DNA of 63,879 bases, the filler included, from Octopus bimaculoides (Eukaryota), in NCBI RefSeq assembly GCF_001194135.2. It is 6 parts of 6 records of this genome, joined end to end, with 100 filler letters (N's around TTAATTAATTAA, not from the genome) between each part and the next. Parts side by side here need not be neighbours in the genome. Positions count along the whole stretch, not along the records: positions 37,004 to 56,343 come from NC_068984.1; positions 56,444 to 61,583 come from NC_068982.1; positions 61,684 to 63,879 come from NC_068990.1; 3 more parts are not named here. One strand, written 5' to 3'. How positions within the stretch are numbered: the first letter of the stretch is position 1; every line of letters starts with the position of its first letter. The notes under the pieces were generated by a model, which had not been told where the DNA came from, ran no database searches, and saw nothing but the letters and a program-made list of their open reading frames with translations. This document shows positions 53,560-63,879 of this stretch, in pieces. The position numbers and the translations under genes were made by a program.

Positions 53560-54930
53560 CTAATTTGAAGATCTACTTGAATGCATAGAAAAGGAATTAA
53601 TCATAGAAGGACTAAAATTCACTCTAGAAAACTATTATCTTATGTTTAATGATAACTTTTATGAACAAAAATCTGGGATTGTGCTGAGGACAAAAACATA
53701 CCCATGCTTTGCAAATTTAGTTTTAGGTTGTAGCTAGAGATTATTATGTACGAAAAACCACTGCAAAAATAAAGGAACTATTTCTTTAAGAGTTAGAAGA
53801 AAACTGGGAAAGATAACATGATTATTGCTTCATTCTAGGGAATGAAAGCATAGAGAAAACTGAAAGAATTCAAAACATTCCTCAGTAGAATTAGTAAAGA
53901 TATGCAATTCACTATGGAATATAGCCAATACCAATTCCTATTTTAGACATTGTGATAAAGAAGGTCAACAACCAAATAGAGACAAATATTTACAATAAAC
54001 CTTTGAACTCCAAACAATATTGACCTTTCAGTTCATACCATCTGAGACACACCAGAATGAAATGTCTCTTATAACCTGACCTAAAGGATCTGCACAATTG
54101 TATCTGATGAAAACATCTCTGACTATGACTTCAAGAACTTAAAGATATACTCCTTGACAGGAATCATCCACCATCTGTTAGTGATAATGGAATACATCTA
54201 GCCAAGAAAATTAATATCCAGGAACTAGACAAACAAAACAAAGAATTTTATCAGATTTGAAAATCTTACCTTACATTTTCATTCACAATCCTAAAAGCAA
54301 TGAGGCCAACATTATATTTTAAACACATCAACACTGATAAAGGACACTAGAATGAACCACACTCTTCAAATACATACCATCATAAAAAGTAAAAGACAGC
54401 CAAGGTTAATGAAAAAATATTAAACAGAACCAACAGTAAAAAATATGCAGAAGACACTACTGTGGCATACATTTAAATCTGTCAGAAGGATGAGAAATCC
54501 ATTGTAAGCAAGAGTAATTCTTCAAAATAACTTCACTTGTGCATCTGAAAGCCTAATTTAAGCAATTAGACACCCATGGTGTAGAGAAAACTACATTGGG
54601 AAAACAAAGATATCCTTAAGACAAGGCATGACTCTGCATAGATCACAGATTAGAATATTGAAGTACAGACAAATAGGTCTGAGTGGACATATAGACACTT
54701 GTTCTGGCAAAAAAATCAATCAAATTTTACAATCTTCACCTTATATCAATCTGCCAATGGCACATTGCAACAGAAATGCATGAACAAAGAAATGGCATTC
54801 ATAGCCAAATACCAACTACTTATTTTTCAGTGCAAGAAAGGAAGGATGACTTCTACTAAGGATATTATTTCAGCTACTACTGCCTCTGCTACTATGACCA
54901 CTACTCACACTCCTTCCACTTAAAGAGAGA
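53560..54930 (+). mobile_element. Penelope-like element, decayed RT thumb + GIY-YIG
   Basis: KEFKTFLSRISKDMQFTMEYSQ...LDIVIKK...TNIYNKPLNSKQY...FSSYH; later FTCASESLI*AI...CRENYIGKTKISLRQGMTLHRSQI; same family as 3089-3810. Confidence 0.8.
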
Positions 54931-55109
54931 AACAAACTACTCCTACTATATCTACAGCTTCTACCACTTCCTCTGCTACTGCTATAATTACTACTTAAGC
55001 TGTTATTACAGCTTCAACTACTATGACTAAGACCACTACAATTGCTGCTACCATTACTTCCACCACTACAATACAATTTTTCCCACCATTAAGAGTCGCA
55101 TTCTAATAC

Positions 55110-55260
55110 CCTTTCTATTATAGGCATAGGATCTGAAATTTTGGGAGTGGGGGTTAGTCATTTATGCCACCCCAGTGCTCAACTGGTGCTTATTTTATGG
55201 ACCCCAAAAAAAGGATGAAAGTCAAAGTCAACCTCAACAAAATTTGAACTCGGAACATAA
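55110..55260 (-). mobile_element. OR-like SINE, minus copy
   Basis: cctttctattataggcatagg...ccccagtgctcaactgg...aaggatgaaagtcaaagtcaacctc...tttgaactc. Confidence 0.75.
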
Positions 55261-55814
55261 TGTGATTCCTTAATATAACATTACTAGTAAGGAACAAAAA
55301 GACAACTGCTATGGCTAAAATTATAACCACTACTATTATGACCCAGTAGCAGCAACTATTACCATTTGAATTTTGTATGAAAAATATATGAACTTTCAAA
55401 ATTGTTATCATGAAACAGTAATTTAATTTAATTCAATATATTTTCCCTTCCCATAATGCATGACTAAATTGGCTTAAACAATTGAAACCAGCAATATGCT
55501 TTGATAAAGATGTAAAAATTTTCTTCCTTTTATTCAGGATAAAGTTCTCAGAGTATTTTCTGCTCTTGTTTTTATGATACACATACACACACATAAATGT
55601 AAGATCCAGGGATCAAAGTGTAAAAAGAAAGTTAACTTCAAGCAATCCATAGTAAATATAAAAGAAACAACTTTCAGGGACAATAGTGGTTTATTGAGAT
55701 GGAAAGTTGCGGATTTTTTCATATTGAAGAACAATAAGCTGAAAAAAGTTTCCATATTCCACAGTAGGTGACCAGGGTTGTTGGGTGTGTAAATAAGAGT
55801 ACAAGTGTTATGGA

Positions 55815-56013
55815 ATGGAGTAGGTAAGATCTGGACTACATATGTTTCATAACAGGCCGAACCTCAGATGTGGTAAAAATCCAAGCAAGGTGTATACTGC
55901 CAACTACTCCTTGGCCTGAAGAGTAGCTGGTGGTATACACCTCGTTTGGATTTTTAACATTTCAGAGGCTTCGCCTGCTATAAAACATGTAGCCCAGATT
56001 TTACCTACTCCAT
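55815..56013. mobile_element. Palindromic fold-back element (MITE-like), ~199 nt
   Basis: atggagtaggtaagatctggactacat...ggtgtatac...actactc / gagtagc...gtatacacc...atgtagcccagattttacctactccat. Confidence 0.85.
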
Positions 56014-56029
56014 GCTGTAACTCTTGTGT

Positions 56030-56340
56030 GTGTGTTTAACCCAGCTTGTTTCCCTACTCCCACACTTGCACCTTCGTTTTGGGATCACCACTGTTTTATT
56101 ATCTCCCTTTCTTCCTAGCTCTCCTGTATGATCCCTCTATCCGGCATTTGCCATGATATATCGCTAGCCACTAAACCTTTTTCTATTTTCTCTCCCTGTT
56201 AATTTCTGTTTTCCTTCCTGTGGATGAGCGTAGTCTCGAAACATAAAAGACTTTCTCACTTCCCGAGCGTTAAACTAATACATCTGTTTGTTGTTTACAC
56301 ACCCATCTCCATTTTTTTTTTTTTGTAAATTCTCAAAATA
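56030..56340 (+). mobile_element. Penelope-like terminal repeat fragment
   Basis: gatgagcgtagtctcgaaacataaaagactttct... shared with 63495-63530; decayed CTGANGA/GAAA spacing. Confidence 0.45.
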
Positions 56341-56343
56341 TAT

Positions 56344-56443
56344 NNNNNNNNNNNNNNNNNNNNNNNNNNNNNNNNNNNNNNNNNNNNTTAATTAATTAAN
56401 NNNNNNNNNNNNNNNNNNNNNNNNNNNNNNNNNNNNNNNNNNN
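56344..56443. other. Assembly join spacer
   Basis: TTAATTAATTAA at 56388-56399 within N runs; end of the DPP-bearing piece. Confidence 0.9.
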
Positions 56444-56732
56444 ATACGGTCTATGACCATTCCGGTTTGTATTTTGTTTTATTAACAGTGAGGCATAACA
56501 AGCTTCGACGTTGACGCTAGGGGACGGATCTGTCTGTTTAGGGTAAATTTTTTGAGACAACACCGTCTCCGAGCTCTCGTGACGTAGCTTCTTAAGGCTA
56601 GCAGATCTATTTCGAGTAAGTGGCCCTTTGTGATTCGGTCGACGACCAATCTGGTTTGTGATCTGCTTTGTTATCATTGAGGCATGACGAGCTTTGGCGT
56701 TGACATTAGGGGACGGATTTGTCTGTTTAGGG

Positions 56733-56734
<2 letters not shown>

Positions 56735-56799
<65 letters not shown>

Positions 56800-58255
56800 T
56801 CTTTAGCACAGGTTTTGTTGGAGCTCCTGGAGTCTTGCTTGCGTAGCGAGATTACTACCTGCAGCCTACAGTACAATGCTATTCGTTCTATTTAGCTATT
56901 TAATACTTTCCTGATTATTCTGGCTGTGCTAAGGAGAAAAACTTTTGCAACAGTTCTACTGGGCACTCCAATTTCAATTTCTTTTATATTCCCCTTGATA
57001 TCTTCAGATACTGCTCTCAAGGACCCAACAGTAACTGACACTATCTTCACTTTCTTCACTTTCCATAGCCGAGCTATTTCGTACTTAAGAGAGTTGTATC
57101 TGTACCCTTTTCGCCTTCCTTCTTGACTATTTGTTCAAAGGTGCATGCAACATCAGCCATGTAGCATATTTGGTGCACCTTGTCCACCACCAATAGGTCC
57201 GTCCTATAATGCTGTAGCACCTGATCTGTTTGGATTGGAAAATCCCAGAGGATTTTGCTAGTTTCCGACTCTACCACTCTCTGTAGTTTGTGCTCATACC
57301 ACGACTTGCCTCTCACTAGCTTTTACTTTTCGCACAGTTTCCAATGTAACACTACCTGCTAGTGTCGCTACAACTTGTAGTCGTTTTTGGGCAAGTCAAT
57401 TGCATTCATTCGTGATAAGGGCAATGGTTTCATCCACTCTATTGTAGATGCAGCACAGCGGAGACATTTGCTCAATCCTTAGATTGACCCTCCAGTTCGT
57501 GGCCAGAGCTTGGTCCTGCGCTGCCAGTATAGTTCTCTCGGTCACTTTTTTAGGGTTCCTTTCATCAGCTAATCCTATCTACTTTTTCCAGCAACTTCTG
57601 TTGTGGCTACATCTAATTGGTTGTGTAGTCTCTTCTTGCGTAATTCATCTTCATGTCCTTTTTGTACTTCTTCCTATGTTTTTCCGTTTTTTCTGCTCTC
57701 AATACTTCCTCGTTCCTAAATGTCACTAGCAAGGCTTCCTTACTTTGGGCAAGGTATCTCATTAAACTCTCGAGTTTGATACGCACGCAGTCTTCCACAC
57801 CTGTCAGTCCCCTTCCTCCATTTGCCATCCTCCTGTATAGACGATCAATGTCTGCACGTGGATGATGGGCTCTATGCATTGTTAGGGGCTTTCTTGACTT
57901 CCTATCCATCTCATTTAGTTCCTCCTCTGTCCACATCAGGATTCCAGCGCCATACTGAACTACTGCAACGACGCACGATTTTTTCCCGAAATTATGTTTC
58001 TGGCATTCAGCTTTGAAGCCAATAATTTTTCACTCACCGCAGGTACTCTCTTTTTGTCTTTTCCTTCATGTCGTTGTGTTTGATACCATCTGCCTCAAGT
58101 ATTTCCAGGTATTTATAGCTGGATTGAGGTTGAATTGCCTTCATTATTTCACCACTTGACATCCATATGCCTTCTGTACTGGCAAGCTTTCCTCGTCTCA
58201 TCACCATCGTAGCACATTTTGAAAATCCAAACTCCATCTTAATATCATTGGACAA
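56735..58255 (-). mobile_element. R4/Dong-like element A (RT C-terminus to REL), 5' truncated, with (TAA)n tail
   Basis: IKMEFGFSKCA, YKYLEILE, HHPRADIDRLY...GGRGL, WYEHKLQRVVESETSKILWDFPIQTDQ; (ATT)n at 56735-56798. Confidence 0.88.
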
Positions 58256-58256
58256 T

Positions 58257-59237
58257 ATTATTATTATTATTATTATTATTATTGTTGTTGTTGTTGTTAT
58301 TATTATTCACTAGTTTTATTTTTATAACGTGCTTTCACTTCACTACCGAGCGCAGCTATGTGTGTCTTGGATATGCGCTGTAGTTTGATGTGATGCTCTT
58401 ATGGTTACTGTATTGAAAGTGTTTGGCGTAGGATGTGTGCAGTGCCCAGTAGTGCAATTTTCTGTATGTTCTATAAGAACAGAAATAAATTTATTTCTCA
58501 AACGCGTGATAGCTATAAATAGCGTGATCAAGATAAATTATCCATATAATGCAGAAAAATACGTTGCCGGCCAGCCAAGGGCCTGGCTGAAGGCCCAACA
58601 TTCTAGCACATAAAAATCACTCTTATGCACTTGACGTGGTTGGCATTAGGAAGGGCATCCAGCTGTAGAAACCTTGCCAGATCAGATCGGGGCCTAGTGC
58701 AGCCTCCTTACTTGCCTGTCCTCAGTCAAACCCTGTCCGGCAACGTATTTTTCTGCAATAAATGGATAATTTATCCTGATCTCGCTATTTATAGCATTAT
58801 CACACGTTTGAGAAATAAATTCATTTCTGTATCTTACAATACAACTCAACGCTTCTAAAAAAAGAACAAACTTTGTTTGTTTACTTTCATCGTAAAGTTG
58901 AATGTATGTTATATATATTTGTTAGTCATGGTGTTTTTGTTATGTATTTGTCTGAATATTTTTTTTATTAAACCTAATGCACCCACTATGATAGGAATTG
59001 TTTCTGTTTTTAGATTCCACATTCGAGTTACCTCTATTTCCAGGTCTTTGTATTTTGAAAGTTTCTCTATTTCTTTTATAGAAACGCTGTCATCTGCTGG
59101 TATTGATAAATCAATTAGAAAGCATTTTTTTCTTCATGATCTCTGACAACTATATCTGGCCTATTGGCCTTAATTTCTCTATCTGTGTGTATTGGCATAT
59201 CCCAGAGTATGGTTGCTTTTTCGTTTTCTGTGACCTT
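58257..59237 (-). mobile_element. R4/Dong-like element B 3' end, interrupted by a 432-nt insertion (58471-58902)
   Basis: Homologous to 61160-61583 (KYKDLEIE..RMWNL.TETIPII.GALG); TGTATGTT is duplicated at 58463-58470 and 58903-58910. Confidence 0.85.
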
Positions 59238-59238
59238 T

Positions 59239-59408
59239 TTATTATTATTATTATTATTATTCAGTAATTTTATTTTTATAACGAGCTTTCACTTCCCTAC
59301 CGAGCCCAGCTCTGTGTGCCTTGGGTATGTGCTGTGGTTTGCTGTGATGCTCTGATGGTTATTGTATTGAAAGTGTTTTGCGTAGGATGTGTGCAGTGCC
59401 CATTAGTG

Positions 59409-59410
<2 letters not shown>
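59239..59410 (-). mobile_element. R4/Dong-like element C, very short 3' stub
   Basis: ALMGTAHILRKTLSIQ* plus the same 3' UTR as B and E; bounded by (ATT)n tracts. Confidence 0.8.
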
Positions 59411-59481
<71 letters not shown>

Positions 59482-61130
59482 TTCATATTCACTCAACAGA
59501 TTAAACTGTTGGAAAAGAAAAAATTCCAACATCGAGCTACAAGTAATCTTAGATGTCAAGAACCCTCCTAAGTATCTTATATGTCCCTAATAACACTGTT
59601 TCCTGTATTTGTACAAAACTGGGTTTTATGCCTAGTTCCTCTATCCAACTGTTCAGATCTTTAGGGATAGTTTCCAACGCATCTGTAACTACTGGGATAC
59701 ATTTTACCTGCACTTTCCATAGTCTCTGTAATTCAATGGCTAGGTCCTGGTACTTTGCCATTTTTCTATACCTTTCATTCATTTTTTAAAAATTATTTTA
59801 TCCAATTAGTCCTTAATGCTTGATATTGTGCTGCTACTAACAAGCTTTCTGTCTCCTTTTTGAGCCTTCATTTCTGTAACTGTAACTATGTCTTACTATT
59901 ACTATTTGCTGCAAATATCTTTGAGAATATACCATGCAACGCATTCTCATGCCAGTTAGATAACTTCTGTCCTTTCTTCTGGTTTTTAATTTCGTTTCGG
60001 TGTTTGGTTTCCCCATGACTTGCTGTGTCTCTAGCAGCTTTTAATAAACTTTCTTCACTATTACCTACATAGGAGTTTATATCCACTCTAGCTAGCTCCT
60101 GCTGCCCTTAGGTGGAGTCATCCATTCATATTGAATTTCTTCCTAGTTCTTCTATCTAGTTTTGCTAATTCCGTTTTTGTCCAATCCTCAAAAGCTGTTG
60201 AGTATCTAAGTAATGATACTGCCCAAGTATTTACAGCCTTCACTAGATTCGGAGCATTTAGCTGTGACTTCATTAGCTTTCTCATCCTTGTGATGTACTT
60301 CTCAATTTTCATTTTCATTTCTGTAGTTAGTACTCTGTCAGATTCTAATACTCCTAGATATTTATAACTCTCTCCTCCTTTCAATGATTTTGATGTCTGA
60401 CCAAATATTAAAGGAGACAACGATTCCCCCAGGAAAATTCCTCTTTTGATATCAACTTTCCATAAGAGCGTGTCACCTGAGTAGAGATCTACTTTCCATT
60501 TCTTCAAGCTAAACCTAATTAATTCTCTTATGTTGTCTGCTGTACTGAATGTACTCAAACACCCACTTATCCATGCGTGTGAGATCATATCATAGGCTTT
60601 CTGTAATCTATCTATGTTATTGTTAGGTTTTCTTTCTAGCTTTTACTTCATTTAGAACTGCTTTGTCTATGTATGATAAATCCTGCGTTCCTCTAGCCTT
60701 CTTTCTACAACCTTTCTGTTCTTCCGACTGTAATTTCTGGTGGTCAAGAGTGCTCGTAAATACTTTCTGAAAGCATTACTGTGAACAGCTTCCACACTGA
60801 ATATAATCAAATGATTGTTCTATAATTGCTAGCTGTATTTCCCTTTCTCTTATCTCCCATAAGGAGCATTGTTCTCCCTCTAATCATCCAATCTGATATT
60901 ATTCCTGCATTAAGTCAATCCTGAAATCCTTTTCTCAGCCTCCCATGTAAACTACTAAATTTTTTTAGCCTGTACCCTTGAACTAAATCTGGTCCAGGGC
61001 CCTTCCAATTCGGCATTTATCTAACACTTTACTCATTAATGCTCTAGTTAATCTTAGATCTGGTTGTTTCTCACTCACTACTTCTTCCCTCACTTTCTTT
61101 AACCATACTGCATTTCCATTATGATTAACT
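59411..61130 (-). mobile_element. R4/Dong-like element D (different subfamily), RT + REL with internal deletions
   Basis: MISHAWI...IKRGIFLGESLSPLIF, YKYLGVLE, NAPNLVKAVNTWAVSLLRYS, KYQDLAIELQRLWKVQVKCIPVV...LLGTYKILRRVLDI*; (ATT)n at 59411-59482. Confidence 0.88.
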
Positions 61131-61134
61131 GGCT

Positions 61135-61583
61135 TTATTATTATTATTATTATTATTATTGTTCAGTAGTTTTATTTTTATAACGTGCTTTCACTTCACT
61201 ACCGAGCGCAGCTCTGTGCGCCTTGGGTATGTGCTGTGGTTTGCTGTGGTGCTCTTATGTTTACTGTATTGAAAGTGTTTTGCGTAGAATGTGTGCAGTA
61301 CCCAGTAGTGCAATTTTCTGTATGTTATATATATTTGTAAGTCCTGGTGTTTTTGTTATGTATTTGTCTGAATATTTTTTTATTATACCTAAGGAACCTA
61401 CTATGATAGGAATTGTTTCTGTTTGTGGACTCCACATTCGAGTTATCTCTATGTCCAGGTCTTTGTATTTTGAAAGTTTTTCCATTTCTTTTCGAGAAAC
61501 GTTGTCATCTGCTGGTATTGATACATCAATTAGAAAGCATTTTTTTTCTTCGTGATCTTTGACAACTATATCTGGTCTATTTG
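61135..61583 (-). mobile_element. R4/Dong-like element E 3' end
   Basis: MEKLSKYKDLDIEITRMWSPQTETIPIIVGSLG...KIALLGTAHILRKTLSIQ*; (ATT)n at 61135-61160; truncated by the join. Confidence 0.88.
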
Positions 61584-61683
61584 NNNNNNNNNNNNNNNNN
61601 NNNNNNNNNNNNNNNNNNNNNNNNNNNTTAATTAATTAANNNNNNNNNNNNNNNNNNNNNNNNNNNNNNNNNNNNNNNNNNNN
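61584..61683. other. Assembly join spacer
   Basis: TTAATTAATTAA at 61628-61639 within N runs. Confidence 0.9.
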
Positions 61684-61797
61684 TATAATATGTATATTTT
61701 TATTATATTATATATATATACATATACATGTGTGTGTCTGTGTCTGTGTGTGTCTGTGTCTGTGTACATATATGTGTGTGCAGTTAGATAGACAAAC

Positions 61798-61850
<53 letters not shown>

Positions 61851-63419
61851 TTATGGACTTGTCTGGTGTAATACTATATATGTTTAGACAGTCAGGGTTT
61901 ATATTTGTTTCCGTCTGTGTTTGTCTGTGTCTGTCTGTGTGTATGTGAGCGTCTATATGCGCGCCTGTGTTTAAGATGTTCTGTCAGAAAACATGTACGG
62001 AGGCTGGTAGTAAGTTTTTCACCAACCACACATAAATATTGGTAGCTGTCATGTTAGCATATGAATTTAGAAAGTTTTTCAATGATAATCATATTGTTGG
62101 TGAAGTAGCTTAAATTTATTTTGTTTTGCTCGTATATATACATTATATGTAGTATATATATATATAATGTATACATAATGTATAGTTTTGTCAAATGTAT
62201 TCTTTTCTTTTGTAACGCTCGCTTTCATAGATCTTTCCTCAATATTGTACAGGGAGTCTATTTGACTTTCATATTATTTTCGTTATTTTCATTTATATTT
62301 ATTATTATTTTCATTTTTTATTTCCATTTTATTTTATTCATTTATATATTTATTTATTTTGCAGTTTAAGTATGTTCTTTAATGTTTCAGTTTTCGTTAT
62401 TGAACTTCGTGGTTTTTCTCTTTGAATTGTGTTTTGATTCCATAAACAATTCTATCGAGACCCTCCATTTCATTTTATTATCATTATTACTATTATTCTT
62501 ATTATATTTTATTCATCAAAAAATTTCTGCTTGATTCTATTAATTTCAATAATAACATATTCATATAGACATCTTCAGCTTTCAGCTCTTAAATCATCGC
62601 TTTTTCTCCCCATGCAATTTTCCTTTATAATAAATCTTTGAAATTCAGTTTAAGATTCTACAAACGCTAGAGACATTACATAAGCTCAATTGTACTATTT
62701 TAAACTATTACTATATATTATCTAATACATTTTTACATTCTAGAATTTGGAAACATCAACAGCCTTTTCATTTATTTATTTATTTTCTTTCTTTCTTGAG
62801 CAGTGTTGTCATGTTGAAGTACTTAAGCATTTGTCTCCATCGGTGCATTTAATGTCTGCTGTTAGTATATCAGTTCCATAGTGATAATACTGTGTTTCGT
62901 TCTAAAATGCATTTATAGCAATGTCTGGTATTTTAGTCATCTCAGAAAAGTTGTTAATATAATGTTTGAATTGGTATTCTTTCTCATCGTCTTCAGGTGA
63001 TATTCCTATACAAAATCAAACAGGAAACCGGCATTTTTTATTTAATTATTCGTCTCTATTCCAAAAAGAAACATTAATTAAAATAAAAACCCAAATAGAA
63101 TAAAACAATAAGTAAGGCAGTTATTCCTTCCAAAAGTAAATTACTGCAGCAAATGCTTAAGACGAATGATTTGAGACTTTAAACTGGCTGACTGTTTATG
63201 CCTTAATCTGATATATCTGGATTGTCAACTGCTATATCGCAGCCTACTGCTGAATTGGTGCCATCACCCTGACAACATCATGTCCGAACTTGAGGGCCTA
63301 AAAATAGAATGGCTGGTATTGCTTTCATAGCATAAATACCACATGATCTGAGCTAGCCAATAGAGGCATACATACCGGGAAGTCACACACACACATACAC
63401 AAACACACTCATACACACA

Positions 63420-63625
63420 CGCGGTCCCTACACATTTTTTCTCTCTCTGTTTTTTTTTCGTTCTCTCTCCACTTTATCCCGCTCATCTTTTTCTGTCGAA
63501 TAGCGTAGGCTCGAAACATCAAAGACTTTTCCATTCTTTTCTAGTGTCTTGTTGTTCCCTCACCTGTCTTCGTCTTTTGTTCTCTGTAAATTTGAATTAT
63601 ATATATATACATATACATACATACA

Positions 63626-63661
<36 letters not shown>

Positions 63662-63879
63662 TATGTTTTGAACTTTATATTTCTGACGCGACTCTATCTA
63701 TCTTTGTATCTTTCTCCACCTCTCGTTTTTCCTTCTGTTACTACTATATCTCTCTCTTCCTCCCTGTCTCTCGTTGCTCACCTATATTCTACTTCCTCCC
63801 CTTTTTCTCCCTCTACCACTCTTTCTCCTTACCCCTCGCTGGTCACATGTGTCCAGCCACTACTTCCTTTCTTATCTTG
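63420..63879 (+). mobile_element. Penelope-like terminal repeat fragments
   Basis: gaatagcgtaggctcgaaacatcaaagactttt motif shared with 56225; pyrimidine-rich tail. Confidence 0.4.

Noticed and set aside
62997-63060. Plus-strand cttcag|GTGATATT as the missing DPP exon
   Set aside because: It does not encode (D)NVH or the WYxDxxH motif in any frame.

Overview
AT-rich, microsatellite-dense eukaryotic genomic DNA. The SINE families, Penelope-like elements and (TA)n/(TAA)n load suggest an octopus, probably Octopus bimaculoides; this is inferred and no database was searched. The window is six assembly pieces joined by 100-bp spacers (44 N + TTAATTAATTAA + 44 N), so order and orientation across the joins are uncertain. 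The one well-supported host gene is a plus-strand DPP4/FAP-like prolyl dipeptidyl peptidase (family S9B). Six phase-compatible GT-AG exons (39266-52647, 558 nt) encode part of the alpha/beta-hydrolase domain, with an intact GWSYGG serine and HGTAD aspartate. I could not find the N-terminal/propeller exons or the DNVH/His exons in the window. The rest is mostly decayed mobile DNA: R4/Dong-like and HERO-like non-LTR elements, Penelope-like elements with decayed hammerhead motifs, CR1-like and RTE remnants, Tc1/mariner copies, hAT/mariner MITEs, palindromic fold-back elements and several tRNA-derived SINE families. I found no convincingly new multi-gene system. The best leads are: (i) long palindromes and inverted SINE pairs bracketing the catalytic DPP exons (dsRNA, A-to-I editing or circRNA candidates); (ii) a same-strand stack of five R4/Dong 3' ends, each ending in a (TAA)n tract; (iii) several orphan or stop-interrupted exon candidates, including a signal-peptide exon with an in-frame TGA and a phase-compatible EGF-like exon pair.
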